Source: Candidatus Leptofilum sp.
GTDB taxonomy: Bacteria; Chloroflexota; Anaerolineae; Promineifilales; Promineifilaceae
Direction of reading: 5' to 3'
Length of the DNA stretch: 64,000 bases
Assembly: GCF_965223525.1 (NCBI RefSeq)
Contig: NZ_CBDCWX010000005.1
Span: 323,414-387,413, forward strand
The notes beneath the pieces were generated by a model, which had not been told where the DNA came from, ran no database searches, and saw only the letters and a program-made list of their open reading frames with translations. The translations under genes and the position numbers were made by a program. Positions 46,213 to 54,277 of this stretch are shown piece by piece; within the stretch, counting starts at the first letter, position 1; every line of letters starts with the position of its first letter.

Positions 46213-46587
46213 TTACAAATCTGCGAGGAAGGTAAGAACGGCCGTTCTCACCTCCTCCACAGTTAATCCACTCGTATCCAAATAAAAATCACAGTGCTTG
46301 CGGGCATGGCGCAGCAGATGATGTTGCTGCACTAGCCGCTGGGGGCCACCATCAATGTGGGGGCGGCGGGCGCGTGCATTGGCGTAATCCACGTCGAGGA
46401 AGATGAGCAGATCGGGCTGGGTGACGCGCTGCCACATATTGGCGACGTAAGAATGCTCCTGAGCAGGGTGTCGCGCTTCGTAACCAGCCGCCTTGAGTGC
46501 AGTAGTGAGGGTACTCTTGCCTGAAGAACATGGGCCAACCACGGCAACGCGCAGGGTTTTACTGTCAACCAAATCAGAATCTGGCAT
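46213..46587 (-). CDS. small P-loop NTPase/kinase-like protein
   Basis: MPDSDLV start. Walker A GPCSSGKST, Walker-B-like LLIFLDVD. Confidence 0.55.
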   Translation of the reverse strand: MPDSDLVDSKTLRVAVVGPCSSGKSTLTTALKAAGYEARHPAQEHSYVANMWQRVTQPDLLIFLDVDYANARARRPHIDGGPQRLVQQHHLLRHARKHCDFYLDTSGLTVEEVRTAVLTFLADL

Positions 46588-46598
46588 AAATTTCCAGG

Positions 46599-46655
46599 GG
46601 ATTGGAGACTGAAGATTAGAGATTACCAATCTTCAGTCTCTCATCTCCAATCTCC
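46599..46655. repeat. GGAGACT/GAAGATT heptamer hairpin
   Basis: GAGACTGAAGATT / AATCTTCAGTCTC perfect 13-bp stem with an outer ATTGGAGA / TCTCCAAT extension. Lies between the PP2C-like and P-loop genes. Confidence 0.8.
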
Positions 46656-46656
46656 T

Positions 46657-47379
46657 TCAAATTGGTAAAGACACATCCATCCGGCGCACGCCATCTTTTT
46701 GCGGCGCGGCGTGTACCGAAACGACTAATACGCTAATGTCGTCACGCGGACGGCCGTTGTCCTTCTCGTTTGCCTCAGCTAGTAACATATCGGCCAGGGT
46801 TCGTGCTTCGGTAATGCCCGTGCCAATCATTTGCCGGGTGGCCGCGACGGGGTCATAGTTGCCATTACCGCTCAGGCTACCCGCGTGGCGCAGGCCATCG
46901 GTGAACACCACAATGATCGTACCTGGCAAAATGGGCAGCTCGGTAATGACTGGCTTGGTATTACGATAGATACCTACACAGCGGGAGGGCTCATCGAGCA
47001 AATAAAGGCCATCTTGCTGCGTAAAGACAACAACTGGAGATTCATTGTTGCGGGAGATGACGAAGGTTTTGGTCTCCATATCCACCGAGAGCATATTGAG
47101 CGTTGCGCTAACTTTGCCCCCGCGGTAGGTGTAAAGGTAGTCATGTGCGGCACGAGCGGCCGCGCCGTCCCGCACGCCTTCACTAAGTAGTTGGATTGCC
47201 TTGCGTGCCACCAAATTGCTAATTGCCTTGGCCGATTTGCCACTACGCTGCCCATCTACCAGCACAAACGAGAGTCCGCCATGCGGCCGTTCAATCATTT
47301 CTAGCGTATCACCACTTTCGCTGGTGGCGTATTTGCCAATTTTGGCAACAGCAAATTGCACATCCATAACAGAATTCAT
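46657..47379 (-). CDS. SpoIIE/PP2C-like serine phosphatase domain protein
   Basis: ~240 aa. SGDT...VLVDG..SG and VVFTDGL motifs and overall PPM-type length. Start is 47379 or 47367. Confidence 0.6.
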   Translation of the reverse strand: MNSVMDVQFAVAKIGKYATSESGDTLEMIERPHGGLSFVLVDGQRSGKSAKAISNLVARKAIQLLSEGVRDGAAARAAHDYLYTYRGGKVSATLNMLSVDMETKTFVISRNNESPVVVFTQQDGLYLLDEPSRCVGIYRNTKPVITELPILPGTIIVVFTDGLRHAGSLSGNGNYDPVAATRQMIGTGITEARTLADMLLAEANEKDNGRPRDDISVLVVSVHAAPQKDGVRRMDVSLPI

Positions 47380-47456
47380 TATAGCCGACGGGATAAAGAA
47401 ACAAAAAAAACGCTGATGACATATCACCAGCGTCCTTAGCAGGTCGTTCAGTTGGC

Positions 47457-47729
47457 TTAAATTTGGGTAGCCAGCTTCGCGTGTTTAGCGTGATGACGCC
47501 GCTGCCAAACCAGATAATGCGTGTGGATGTTGTCTGCTAGCCCAACCAGCGCCAGGGCGTTAAACAAAAGCGTGCCAAGGAGCCGTACATAATCGGTCGT
47601 TTCCACATAAAGCGGCAGACGGGTGGCTGTTGCCAGGGCAAAAACCATTATTACCACACAAATAAAGCTCATAAGCCAAACGTGTAGGGCACTGTGGGGA
47701 ACATTTTTTGTAGACAGTTGTTGTTTCAT
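47457..47729 (-). CDS. hypothetical small membrane protein
   Basis: GGAGAG RBS. Two hydrophobic helices and a basic C-terminus. Confidence 0.4.
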   Translation of the reverse strand: MKQQLSTKNVPHSALHVWLMSFICVVIMVFALATATRLPLYVETTDYVRLLGTLLFNALALVGLADNIHTHYLVWQRRHHAKHAKLATQI

Positions 47730-47856
47730 ATCACTACTCTCCAAGATTGTTTGACGAACCTAGCAATCATGCCATTTTGATCTGTCATTGAAAATTAAAC
47801 GTGACATGATTGCCAGGTTAACCAGTTAACAACTGTCTCCGTTTGATGCCTACAAA

Positions 47857-48294
47857 TTACTCTTCCACGATAAGCGTGGCAACCATGCCTGCTTCGCGGT
47901 GGCCAGGAATACCGCAGTAAACAGCATAAGTACCGGGGGGTACGGCCGTAAATTCTGCCATCACCTGTTCATTCGCGGGCATATGCACATGCCAATCCAG
48001 CTCATCAATATCAAAACTGTGAGCATACGTATCCTTGTTGTCCAGGGCAAAGGCGATGGCTTCGCCTGCCTGTACACGCAGCACATCTTGCCCAAAGCGC
48101 ATATTTTCGGAGGTGTAGTGGATGGCTGAGGGGGAAACGGCCGTTTCCGAACGACCTCCCAGCAAATCATTCAGCAATCCCATCCTGGCGATAACCAAAC
48201 CAAAAAGCACAATCCCCACAAGAATTCCGCCCAAAAGCACTAAATAATTCAGCCAGCTATTTTCTTTTTCCTGCACAGTTGTTGTAACTTGCAT
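47857..48294 (-). CDS. membrane-anchored cupredoxin (type-1 copper) domain protein
   Basis: N-terminal TM helix. Copper ligand pattern H...YCGIPGHREAGM. Confidence 0.7.
   Translation of the reverse strand: MQVTTTVQEKENSWLNYLVLLGGILVGIVLFGLVIARMGLLNDLLGGRSETAVSPSAIHYTSENMRFGQDVLRVQAGEAIAFALDNKDTYAHSFDIDELDWHVHMPANEQVMAEFTAVPPGTYAVYCGIPGHREAGMVATLIVEE
48133..48148. repeat. 16-bp perfect palindrome GGAAACGGCCGTTTCC (extended ACGGCCGT element)
   Basis: Read directly from the sequence. An identical 16-mer lies at 48396-48411. Both are inside coding sequence and translate as E-T-A-V-S. Confidence 0.95.
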
Positions 48295-48308
48295 AACAAT
48301 GCGTCCTT

Positions 48309-48336
48309 GTCTTGCTTACTAAGTCTTGCTTACTAA
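48309..48336. repeat. perfect 2 x 14-nt tandem direct repeat GTCTTGCTTACTAA
   Basis: Read directly from the sequence. Lies just upstream of the cupredoxin gene start. Confidence 0.8.
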
Positions 48337-48339
48337 TTG

Positions 48340-48368
48340 GTAGAGGCAGGTCTGAGACCTGCCTCTAC
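48340..48368 (-). terminator. perfect 13-bp hairpin downstream of 48378-48782 (no U-tract)
   Basis: GTAGAGGCAGGTC-TGA-GACCTGCCTCTAC. Confidence 0.4.
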
Positions 48369-48377
48369 TCCCCAAAT

Positions 48378-48782
48378 TTAATCACCAGCAGCGATGGAAA
48401 CGGCCGTTTCCTCATCATTGCCAACTCCACGAGACATTGTTGCCACCATGCCAGCGACGATGCCGATAAACGGCGCATTCAAAGCGTGGAAGGCAGAGAC
48501 AAACGGCAACCCATTACGACGGGCTTCCATAAGGAATGGCTGTAACAAAATGAGAAAGAAGAGCAGCGCCGTGCGGCCAATAATTGCTTTTGGTAGCTTG
48601 GCAACGGCCGCTGCAATAAGTGCCAACAGCGAAGCCAGCAGCAAAGCCAAACCAAAGAAAACATGGGCATCGGGCGTACTCACCACACCGGCGTGCCAAA
48701 TTCCGGCAAAGAACATCTGGGCAAAAACCCCTAGGCTAATAAAAGCGGTTAAACCTTTGTGAACAATTGCGAAAGTTTTCAT
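48378..48782 (-). CDS. hypothetical 4-TM membrane protein
   Basis: 134 aa, four hydrophobic helices. Upstream of the cupredoxin gene on the same strand. Confidence 0.5.
   Translation of the reverse strand: MKTFAIVHKGLTAFISLGVFAQMFFAGIWHAGVVSTPDAHVFFGLALLLASLLALIAAAVAKLPKAIIGRTALLFFLILLQPFLMEARRNGLPFVSAFHALNAPFIGIVAGMVATMSRGVGNDEETAVSIAAGD
48396..48411. repeat. 16-bp perfect palindrome GGAAACGGCCGTTTCC
   Basis: Read directly from the sequence. Confidence 0.95.
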
Positions 48783-48871
48783 GATAATTTTTCCTCCAAG
48801 TTTTGAATGATTTTTACGTTTCTGAAATTAAAATCTGCGCGTGACAACAACGTGACGCACAACTGCTTTCT

Positions 48872-49090
48872 TTATAGATGGGTTTCGGCTTCAGCAGGGT
48901 GAGGCTGTTGTTCTGATGCTTGCACCGATTCACCCGTTTTGTCTTCCAGCAGAGCAACCAAATCTGCCAGCGTGGCAAAACCGAGCCGTTCACCACTGTT
49001 GGGGTTTTCTAGCAAACCGCGCCAAGAGCCGTCTTGCTTTTCACGCCAGAGCCGCAGCAGGTAAGCCATGTATTCGCGTTTTGCCATCAT
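48872..49090 (-). CDS. small hypothetical protein (YLLRLWRE...WRGLLENP..GERLGFA.L.DLVALL pattern)
   Basis: 72-aa ORF with coding-like composition. No recognisable catalytic motif. Confidence 0.4.
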   Translation of the reverse strand: MMAKREYMAYLLRLWREKQDGSWRGLLENPNSGERLGFATLADLVALLEDKTGESVQASEQQPHPAEAETHL

Positions 49091-49137
49091 AATTCCCCTT
49101 GCTTGATTTTTGGGTTCTCAGCTCACCAGATTTGTTG

Positions 49138-49851
49138 TCATTTGTTTGGTGTACCGCGTAGCAACACAATCCCGGTAGCTATCATCCAACCCATCCCAAC
49201 GGGCAAAATGAGGAAGCCAAATGCCCCCATACCGGCCACATAATGGACTGCAACTGAGAACAGCCCAACCAAACCAGATAGATAACCCCATCGGATCAGC
49301 CAAACTGGCATCCAACTGCTACGGTTTGCCAGGGTGATGAAAAGGGGACCAGCCCCGAGGATGAGTGCCGTAGCCAGATCGTCGGCGCGTGTACCAACCC
49401 AGCCCAAGACATTGCCAATAGCTACGGCCGTTTCCGATGTATCCCCCGCCAACTGCACAACGAGCGAAAGCATGGCAATATACGAAACAATAACCAAAGG
49501 AACGGCTACCTGATAGCAAACCTGCGCTGCCTGGCTGAATCCGAGCCGCTGTTGGCTGAGCCCAGCCAACACATTCCCCGCCACGCCCAAAATGAGTACG
49601 CCGATTATCCAGATGCTGAGATTGGCCACGAGCTGCCCCTTTACGCCAGCAACGGCCGCTAGATATCCAGCCATGTCGCCACTGTCTAGGGCTGCCCACA
49701 AATCTGTGCCGCTTGTACCCCATAGCGCAGCGCCAATGATCATGGTGATACAGCCGCCAATCGCCGTATAGCCAGCCAGCCGCGCCGCAGGTCGCGTCAC
49801 CCTATGCTCTTTAACGAAACCTTTTTGTATTTCTGTTTGTGTCACTTGCAT
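49138..49851 (-). CDS. hypothetical polytopic membrane protein
   Basis: AAAGGAG RBS before ATG 49851. About 6 TM helices. Confidence 0.5.
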   Translation of the reverse strand: MQVTQTEIQKGFVKEHRVTRPAARLAGYTAIGGCITMIIGAALWGTSGTDLWAALDSGDMAGYLAAVAGVKGQLVANLSIWIIGVLILGVAGNVLAGLSQQRLGFSQAAQVCYQVAVPLVIVSYIAMLSLVVQLAGDTSETAVAIGNVLGWVGTRADDLATALILGAGPLFITLANRSSWMPVWLIRWGYLSGLVGLFSVAVHYVAGMGAFGFLILPVGMGWMIATGIVLLRGTPNK

Positions 49852-50036
49852 TGTGTATGCTCCTTTTGTCACGAATCGTTACAAACTGTTTGCCTGATGG
49901 GTCGGCCCGTTTCATTTGTGGAACCGTCTGTTATAATGAAACCGCTTTGCATCCGATGGCTTGTTGAATCAATTGTTGGTAGTTTAAAAAGCCACCCTTT
50001 AGGAATCCTTTATTTTTCTTTTAACTGAAAATAAAT

Positions 50037-53000
50037 ATGCCTAGATTGACAATCTCATTGCTAGGGGGAGTGAAAATTGCGTTAGACGGTACGGCCGTAT
50101 CCAACTTCGCTTCTCGCAAGGCCGATGCACTTTTTATTTACCTCGCCTGTAACCCACGTCCGCACCCCCGCGAAACATTAGCAACCCTCTTCTGGCCCAA
50201 CAACGACCAAACTCGCGCCCTGGCCAATCTCAGCGTCATTCTCTCTAGCCTGCGGAAGCAGGTAGACGATTTTTTGCTCACCGACCGGCACATGGTTTCT
50301 TTCAACACCGAAGCAACATTTTGGCTAGATGTGGTGTCATTTGAGCAGGCGATTGCAGCTACCCAGAAGCAGCAGGCAGACAAAATCAGCCGAACCATTG
50401 CCGCGCAGTTGCAAACGGCCGTCTCCCATTACAAAGGCGACTTCCTGGCAGGGTTCAACGTGCGTGGCGTGCCAGAGTTTGAGGCGTGGGTGCTGCTGGA
50501 GCAAGAACGCCTGCGCCAAATGATGCTCGATGCCCTGGCTAATTTAGTCAGCTTTCACCAACAACGCAGCCAATTTTCTGAAGGCATCCAGGTTGCCCAA
50601 CAACTCCTCGCGCTTGATCCCCTACAAGAAGAGATTCATCGCCAGCTTATGCGGCTCTACGCCCTCGACAACCAACGCCCCGCCGCCCTGGCGCAATATG
50701 ACCAATGCACCGCCATTTTGGCTGAGGAGCTAGGCGTCGAACCGGATGAGGAAACGAAGCAGCTCTTTGAAGAGATCCGAGATGACAAGGTGACGAACCA
50801 AGAAAATGTCACCCAAGCTGCCGCAGGCAGCACACCCACGCACAATCTCCCCACCCCAACCACTAAATTTATTGGTCGCGAAAACGAATTGGCGCACATT
50901 GAGAACTGGTTGGCGGAGCCAAACGACCGTCTGCTCACCATCATTGGGCCAGGCGGCATGGGTAAAACGCGGCTGGCGCAGGAAGCGGCCCGTGGGCAAG
51001 TGAATCAATTTGCTGATGGCGTGTGGATGGTATCGTTGGTGCCACAGACAAATTTTAGTGAGATGATAACGGCCGTTTCCGAAACCATTGGTCTTACCCT
51101 ATCCGGCCAAGAAGCCATTGCCACCCAGCTCCACAACCATCTCAAACCCGTCGAAATGCTGCTCATTCTCGACAATTTGGAACATTTGCTAAGCACAGAG
51201 CTGCACAATTTCCTCATCCAGCTCACGCACGATGCGCCCGAACTACGTATCATCACCACCAGTCGTGAACGGCTAAACCTGCAAGCCGAGCGGCTGCTTA
51301 CTTTAGGTGGGCTACCATTTCCAACAATCGGTGAACGGTTATCGGATAACGGATTACGGCTCACCGATTACCCAGGAATTCAACTCTTTTCAAACCGAGT
51401 CCAACGGATTCGTGCCGGGTTTGAGCTGGAGAAGGAGGAAACGGCCGTAATCCAACTGTGTCAACTCGTTGGTGGGCTACCGCTGGCGCTGGAATTAGCT
51501 GCAACATGGATTCGCGTTTTATCGGTAAACGAAATTGTGGCTGAAATTAAGCGGGAACTGAGTGCGCTGGCGACCACGCTGCGCGATGTGCCAGAACGCC
51601 ACCGCAGCCTGCACGCCGTCATTGAATCTTCCTGGCAAATGTTGTCTACAGATGAGCAAACATTGTTCCGCAAACTGGCCGTTTTCCGAGGTGGGTTAAC
51701 GCGAACCGCCGCCCAACAAATCGCAAAGGCAACATTGCCGCAATTAATGAACTTAGTCGATCGCTCCTTTCTGCGGCTCGATGACGATCAGCGGTTTCGC
51801 CGTCACCCGCTCATGCTGCAATTTGCCCAAGAAAAGCTCGCCAGCCAACCAGGTGAGCAGCTGCAAACAGAAGCAATGCATGCCAGCTATTTTGCGAAGT
51901 TTGTCCATTCCCGTGAATCAACTTTAGCGGGTGAAGACACGCAGCAAGCGCTAGATGAGATCAACACAGAGCTAGAAAATATTCGCGCAGCCTGGCAGTG
52001 GTCCTTGCAGCAGATGAATGCACCATTACTCAATCAAGTCATCGAAAGCATTAGCCGCTTTTTTACAGATCGCAGTCGGTATTTAGAAGGGGCAGATTTA
52101 TTTGAGAGTGCATTGCTGGCAATTGAGGAATGGGAGGAAACGGCCGTTTCTGAACAACTCATCGCCAAAATGCAGGTTGAACTCGGTTTTTACCTCTACC
52201 AAACTGGCCAATACGCCAAAGCGGAAAAAGTGCTGCTTGAGGCCAACACATCAACACAAAAACTTGGTCTGAACACAGCCCGTCTCAATTGCTTAAAACA
52301 TTTAGGCGATGTAATTGCCGATCAAGGGGAGCGGGATCGCGCCCGAACAATTTTGGAAGAAGCGTTGCAACTGTGTCGCAAAACTGAAGCTGACGATGAA
52401 ATTGTGGAAATGACCATCTTAAACACCTTGGGCAACCTGGAAGTTTCGGCAGGAAATTATGACACGGCCCAACATCATTTTGATCAGGCAATGGACATTG
52501 CCAAAGCATTAAACCATACGCTGCGCATTGCCATTTTGCACAACAACATTGCCATCATTGCCAACCGGCAAGACAATTTCGAAGAGGCGTTGCACCAATA
52601 CCAATTGGCGCGTAACAAATTCGTCGAAAACAATCACGCCTGGGGTATCGCAGCCACAACCCACAACATTGGCATGATCTACGCAGACCTAGAAAGATAT
52701 GAAGAAGCACTAGCAACAATTCAGGAAGCATACGCCGCCCATGAAAAAATCGGGCATCGGCGCGGCATGGTCGGGGGGCTTTCTTTCATGGGGACAATTC
52801 AGTTCAAATTAGGAAAACGACGCGAGGCGGGACGTAACTATTACGAATCGCTGAAAATGGCGCAAGAGGTGGGTGTTGCTTGGTCAGCCGTTGCCACCCT
52901 GGTTGATGTTGCCGAATTAGAGATGAGTTACGGCCGTTTTGAGAAAGCGGCGGAGCTGGTTGCGTTTGCTATTCAGCAAGAGACGGCCGAGGCAGTCACA

Positions 53001-53126
53001 TTGGAAAAGGGGCAGGGGTTGCTTGAGGAGCTAAAAGCAGAACTTCCTTATGCCTGGTTGGAGGGGATGGAAACGGCCGTTGCCGATCTAACTCTAGATG
53101 ACATCATCGCAAAACTAACAAATTAG
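50037..53126 (+). CDS. SARP/AfsR-type regulator: winged-helix DNA-binding + BTAD + NB-ARC P-loop ATPase + TPR array (STAND class)
   Basis: The N-terminus has an OmpR/PhoB-like wHTH and BTAD (EQERLRQMMLDAL...LDPLQEEIHRQLMRLY...Y..C...L.EELGVEP). Walker A GPGGMGKTRLA. The C-terminal ~350 aa are TPR-like repeats. Confidence 0.85.
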   Translation: MPRLTISLLGGVKIALDGTAVSNFASRKADALFIYLACNPRPHPRETLATLFWPNNDQTRALANLSVILSSLRKQVDDFLLTDRHMVSFNTEATFWLDVVSFEQAIAATQKQQADKISRTIAAQLQTAVSHYKGDFLAGFNVRGVPEFEAWVLLEQERLRQMMLDALANLVSFHQQRSQFSEGIQVAQQLLALDPLQEEIHRQLMRLYALDNQRPAALAQYDQCTAILAEELGVEPDEETKQLFEEIRDDKVTNQENVTQAAAGSTPTHNLPTPTTKFIGRENELAHIENWLAEPNDRLLTIIGPGGMGKTRLAQEAARGQVNQFADGVWMVSLVPQTNFSEMITAVSETIGLTLSGQEAIATQLHNHLKPVEMLLILDNLEHLLSTELHNFLIQLTHDAPELRIITTSRERLNLQAERLLTLGGLPFPTIGERLSDNGLRLTDYPGIQLFSNRVQRIRAGFELEKEETAVIQLCQLVGGLPLALELAATWIRVLSVNEIVAEIKRELSALATTLRDVPERHRSLHAVIESSWQMLSTDEQTLFRKLAVFRGGLTRTAAQQIAKATLPQLMNLVDRSFLRLDDDQRFRRHPLMLQFAQEKLASQPGEQLQTEAMHASYFAKFVHSRESTLAGEDTQQALDEINTELENIRAAWQWSLQQMNAPLLNQVIESISRFFTDRSRYLEGADLFESALLAIEEWEETAVSEQLIAKMQVELGFYLYQTGQYAKAEKVLLEANTSTQKLGLNTARLNCLKHLGDVIADQGERDRARTILEEALQLCRKTEADDEIVEMTILNTLGNLEVSAGNYDTAQHHFDQAMDIAKALNHTLRIAILHNNIAIIANRQDNFEEALHQYQLARNKFVENNHAWGIAATTHNIGMIYADLERYEEALATIQEAYAAHEKIGHRRGMVGGLSFMGTIQFKLGKRREAGRNYYESLKMAQEVGVAWSAVATLVDVAELEMSYGRFEKAAELVAFAIQQETAEAVTLEKGQGLLEELKAELPYAWLEGMETAVADLTLDDIIAKLTN
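51330..51371. repeat. six heptamer units (GGTGAAC GGTTATC GGATAAC GGATTAC GGCTCAC CGATTAC) embedded in frame in the regulator gene
   Basis: 42 nt = 14 codons (GERLSDNGLRLTDY). Same unit family as 22689-22751 and 57751-57835. Confidence 0.75.
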
Positions 53127-53147
53127 GACTTCGCAATTATTTGATTA

Positions 53148-53207
53148 CTTGCCGCGAATTTCCACAAATTTTTACAAGAATTCGCGTCAATTCGCGAAAT
53201 TCGTGGC
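53148..53207. repeat. palindromic module-X-type repeat between convergent genes
   Basis: GCCGCGAATTT ... AAATTCGTGGC outer stem. The right half AAGAATTCGCGTCAATTCGCGAAATTCGTGGC is a reverse-complement relative of 26894-26925. Confidence 0.6.
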
Positions 53208-53249
53208 AAAAAACTATTTTCTGCGTAAGCCCTGTAAATAAAGGTGCAA

Positions 53250-54059
53250 TTAACCAAACAAGCGCCCCAACAGGCCCCCATCCGACTTTTTCTCCTTAAT
53301 TCTTGCTTCCATTTGCCGCGCAGCGGGGAAATCTTTCAGCCGCAACGTTTGCTGGTTGCATTTGTCTGCCTCATCCACATCCTCCAACTGCCAGTGAACA
53401 ATGCTCAATTTGTGCCAAATGAGCGGATTGCTATTGTCAAAATGGAGTGCTTCCCGATAAGCGACTTTGGCTTCTTCCCACATCTTTTGGTCATAATAAA
53501 AATCGGCTAGCTGACGGCGCATGGCTAACCTCTGCGGCACCGTAGAAGCAACATCGGCCGTTTTGCCAAACCATTCAACCGTTTTTTCCAAATCATCCAT
53601 CGCTTGCCAATAGTCCACCTCAATGCGGTAGAGATAGTAATCGGCGTGGCTCAAATCGTGCAGGTAATCTAAAACGAGGCGAGCGTCTTCAAGACGGCCG
53701 TTATGCACATAAAGCAGCGGCTCCAGCATATTGATTTCAACCACATCTGGCTCTAAATCTTGTGCCTTATCCAGCCACGCTTTGGCCGCTGCCAAACCAT
53801 CCGGCGTATAGTTGCCATCTTTTTCCTGCGAGGCAGCGATCACTGTGTAAGCCGTGCCCGCATACGCATACGGCCGTGAGCCACCCGTGACAAATGTTTT
53901 CAAAGCGGCCGTAAGCTGGTTGGGATTTCCGCCATAAGCATCCACTTTTTCCAGGCCAACCAAAAAAGATTGCCGCCCCTGTTCCGTGGCCGCCTCCGTC
54001 GCTGGCCAATTTATTTTATCTAACAGCGGGATGAGCTTGGCAATAATTTGTTGACCCAT
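53250..54059 (-). CDS. TPR-repeat protein
   Basis: AAAAGGA RBS before ATG 54059. Several 34-residue TPR-like units (W..A...Y..AL..D). Confidence 0.55.
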   Translation of the reverse strand: MGQQIIAKLIPLLDKINWPATEAATEQGRQSFLVGLEKVDAYGGNPNQLTAALKTFVTGGSRPYAYAGTAYTVIAASQEKDGNYTPDGLAAAKAWLDKAQDLEPDVVEINMLEPLLYVHNGRLEDARLVLDYLHDLSHADYYLYRIEVDYWQAMDDLEKTVEWFGKTADVASTVPQRLAMRRQLADFYYDQKMWEEAKVAYREALHFDNSNPLIWHKLSIVHWQLEDVDEADKCNQQTLRLKDFPAARQMEARIKEKKSDGGLLGRLFG

Positions 54060-54152
54060 ATGCAATCCTTTTCTTGGGATAGTTCGGAACCCTATTCTTT
54101 GCCGAAAAATCTACTATTTGACAACCACAGCTTAGTGTAACTGTCCGCTACC

Positions 54153-54196
54153 AAAAAGAAAAGCCCTCCTCAGTGAAAATTGAGGAAGGCTTTTTT
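54153..54196 (-). terminator. intrinsic terminator of the groES-groEL operon (bidirectional shape)
   Basis: Minus strand: AGCCTTCCTCA, loop, TGAGGAGGGCT, followed by TTTCTTTTT. The plus strand also ends in TTTTTT. Confidence 0.7.
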
Positions 54197-54277
54197 AGTA
54201 ATTGGTATTCAGTTTTCAGTAATCAGTTTTCAGAAGTTTCCTACTGATTACTGTTTACTGACCCACTGATAACTGAT
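54197..54277. repeat. heptamer-periodic hairpin element (CAGTAAT/CAGTTTT type)
   Basis: AGTAATT GGTATTC AGTTTTC AGTAATC AGTTTTC ... GATTACT GTTTACT ... Lies between the groEL stop and its terminator. Confidence 0.75.

Noticed and set aside
50037-53126. STAND NTPase as an Avs/NLR-type antiphage defence protein
   Set aside because: The N-terminal module is a winged-helix plus BTAD (SARP) DNA-binding region rather than a nuclease, protease or other effector. This architecture fits a transcriptional regulator.
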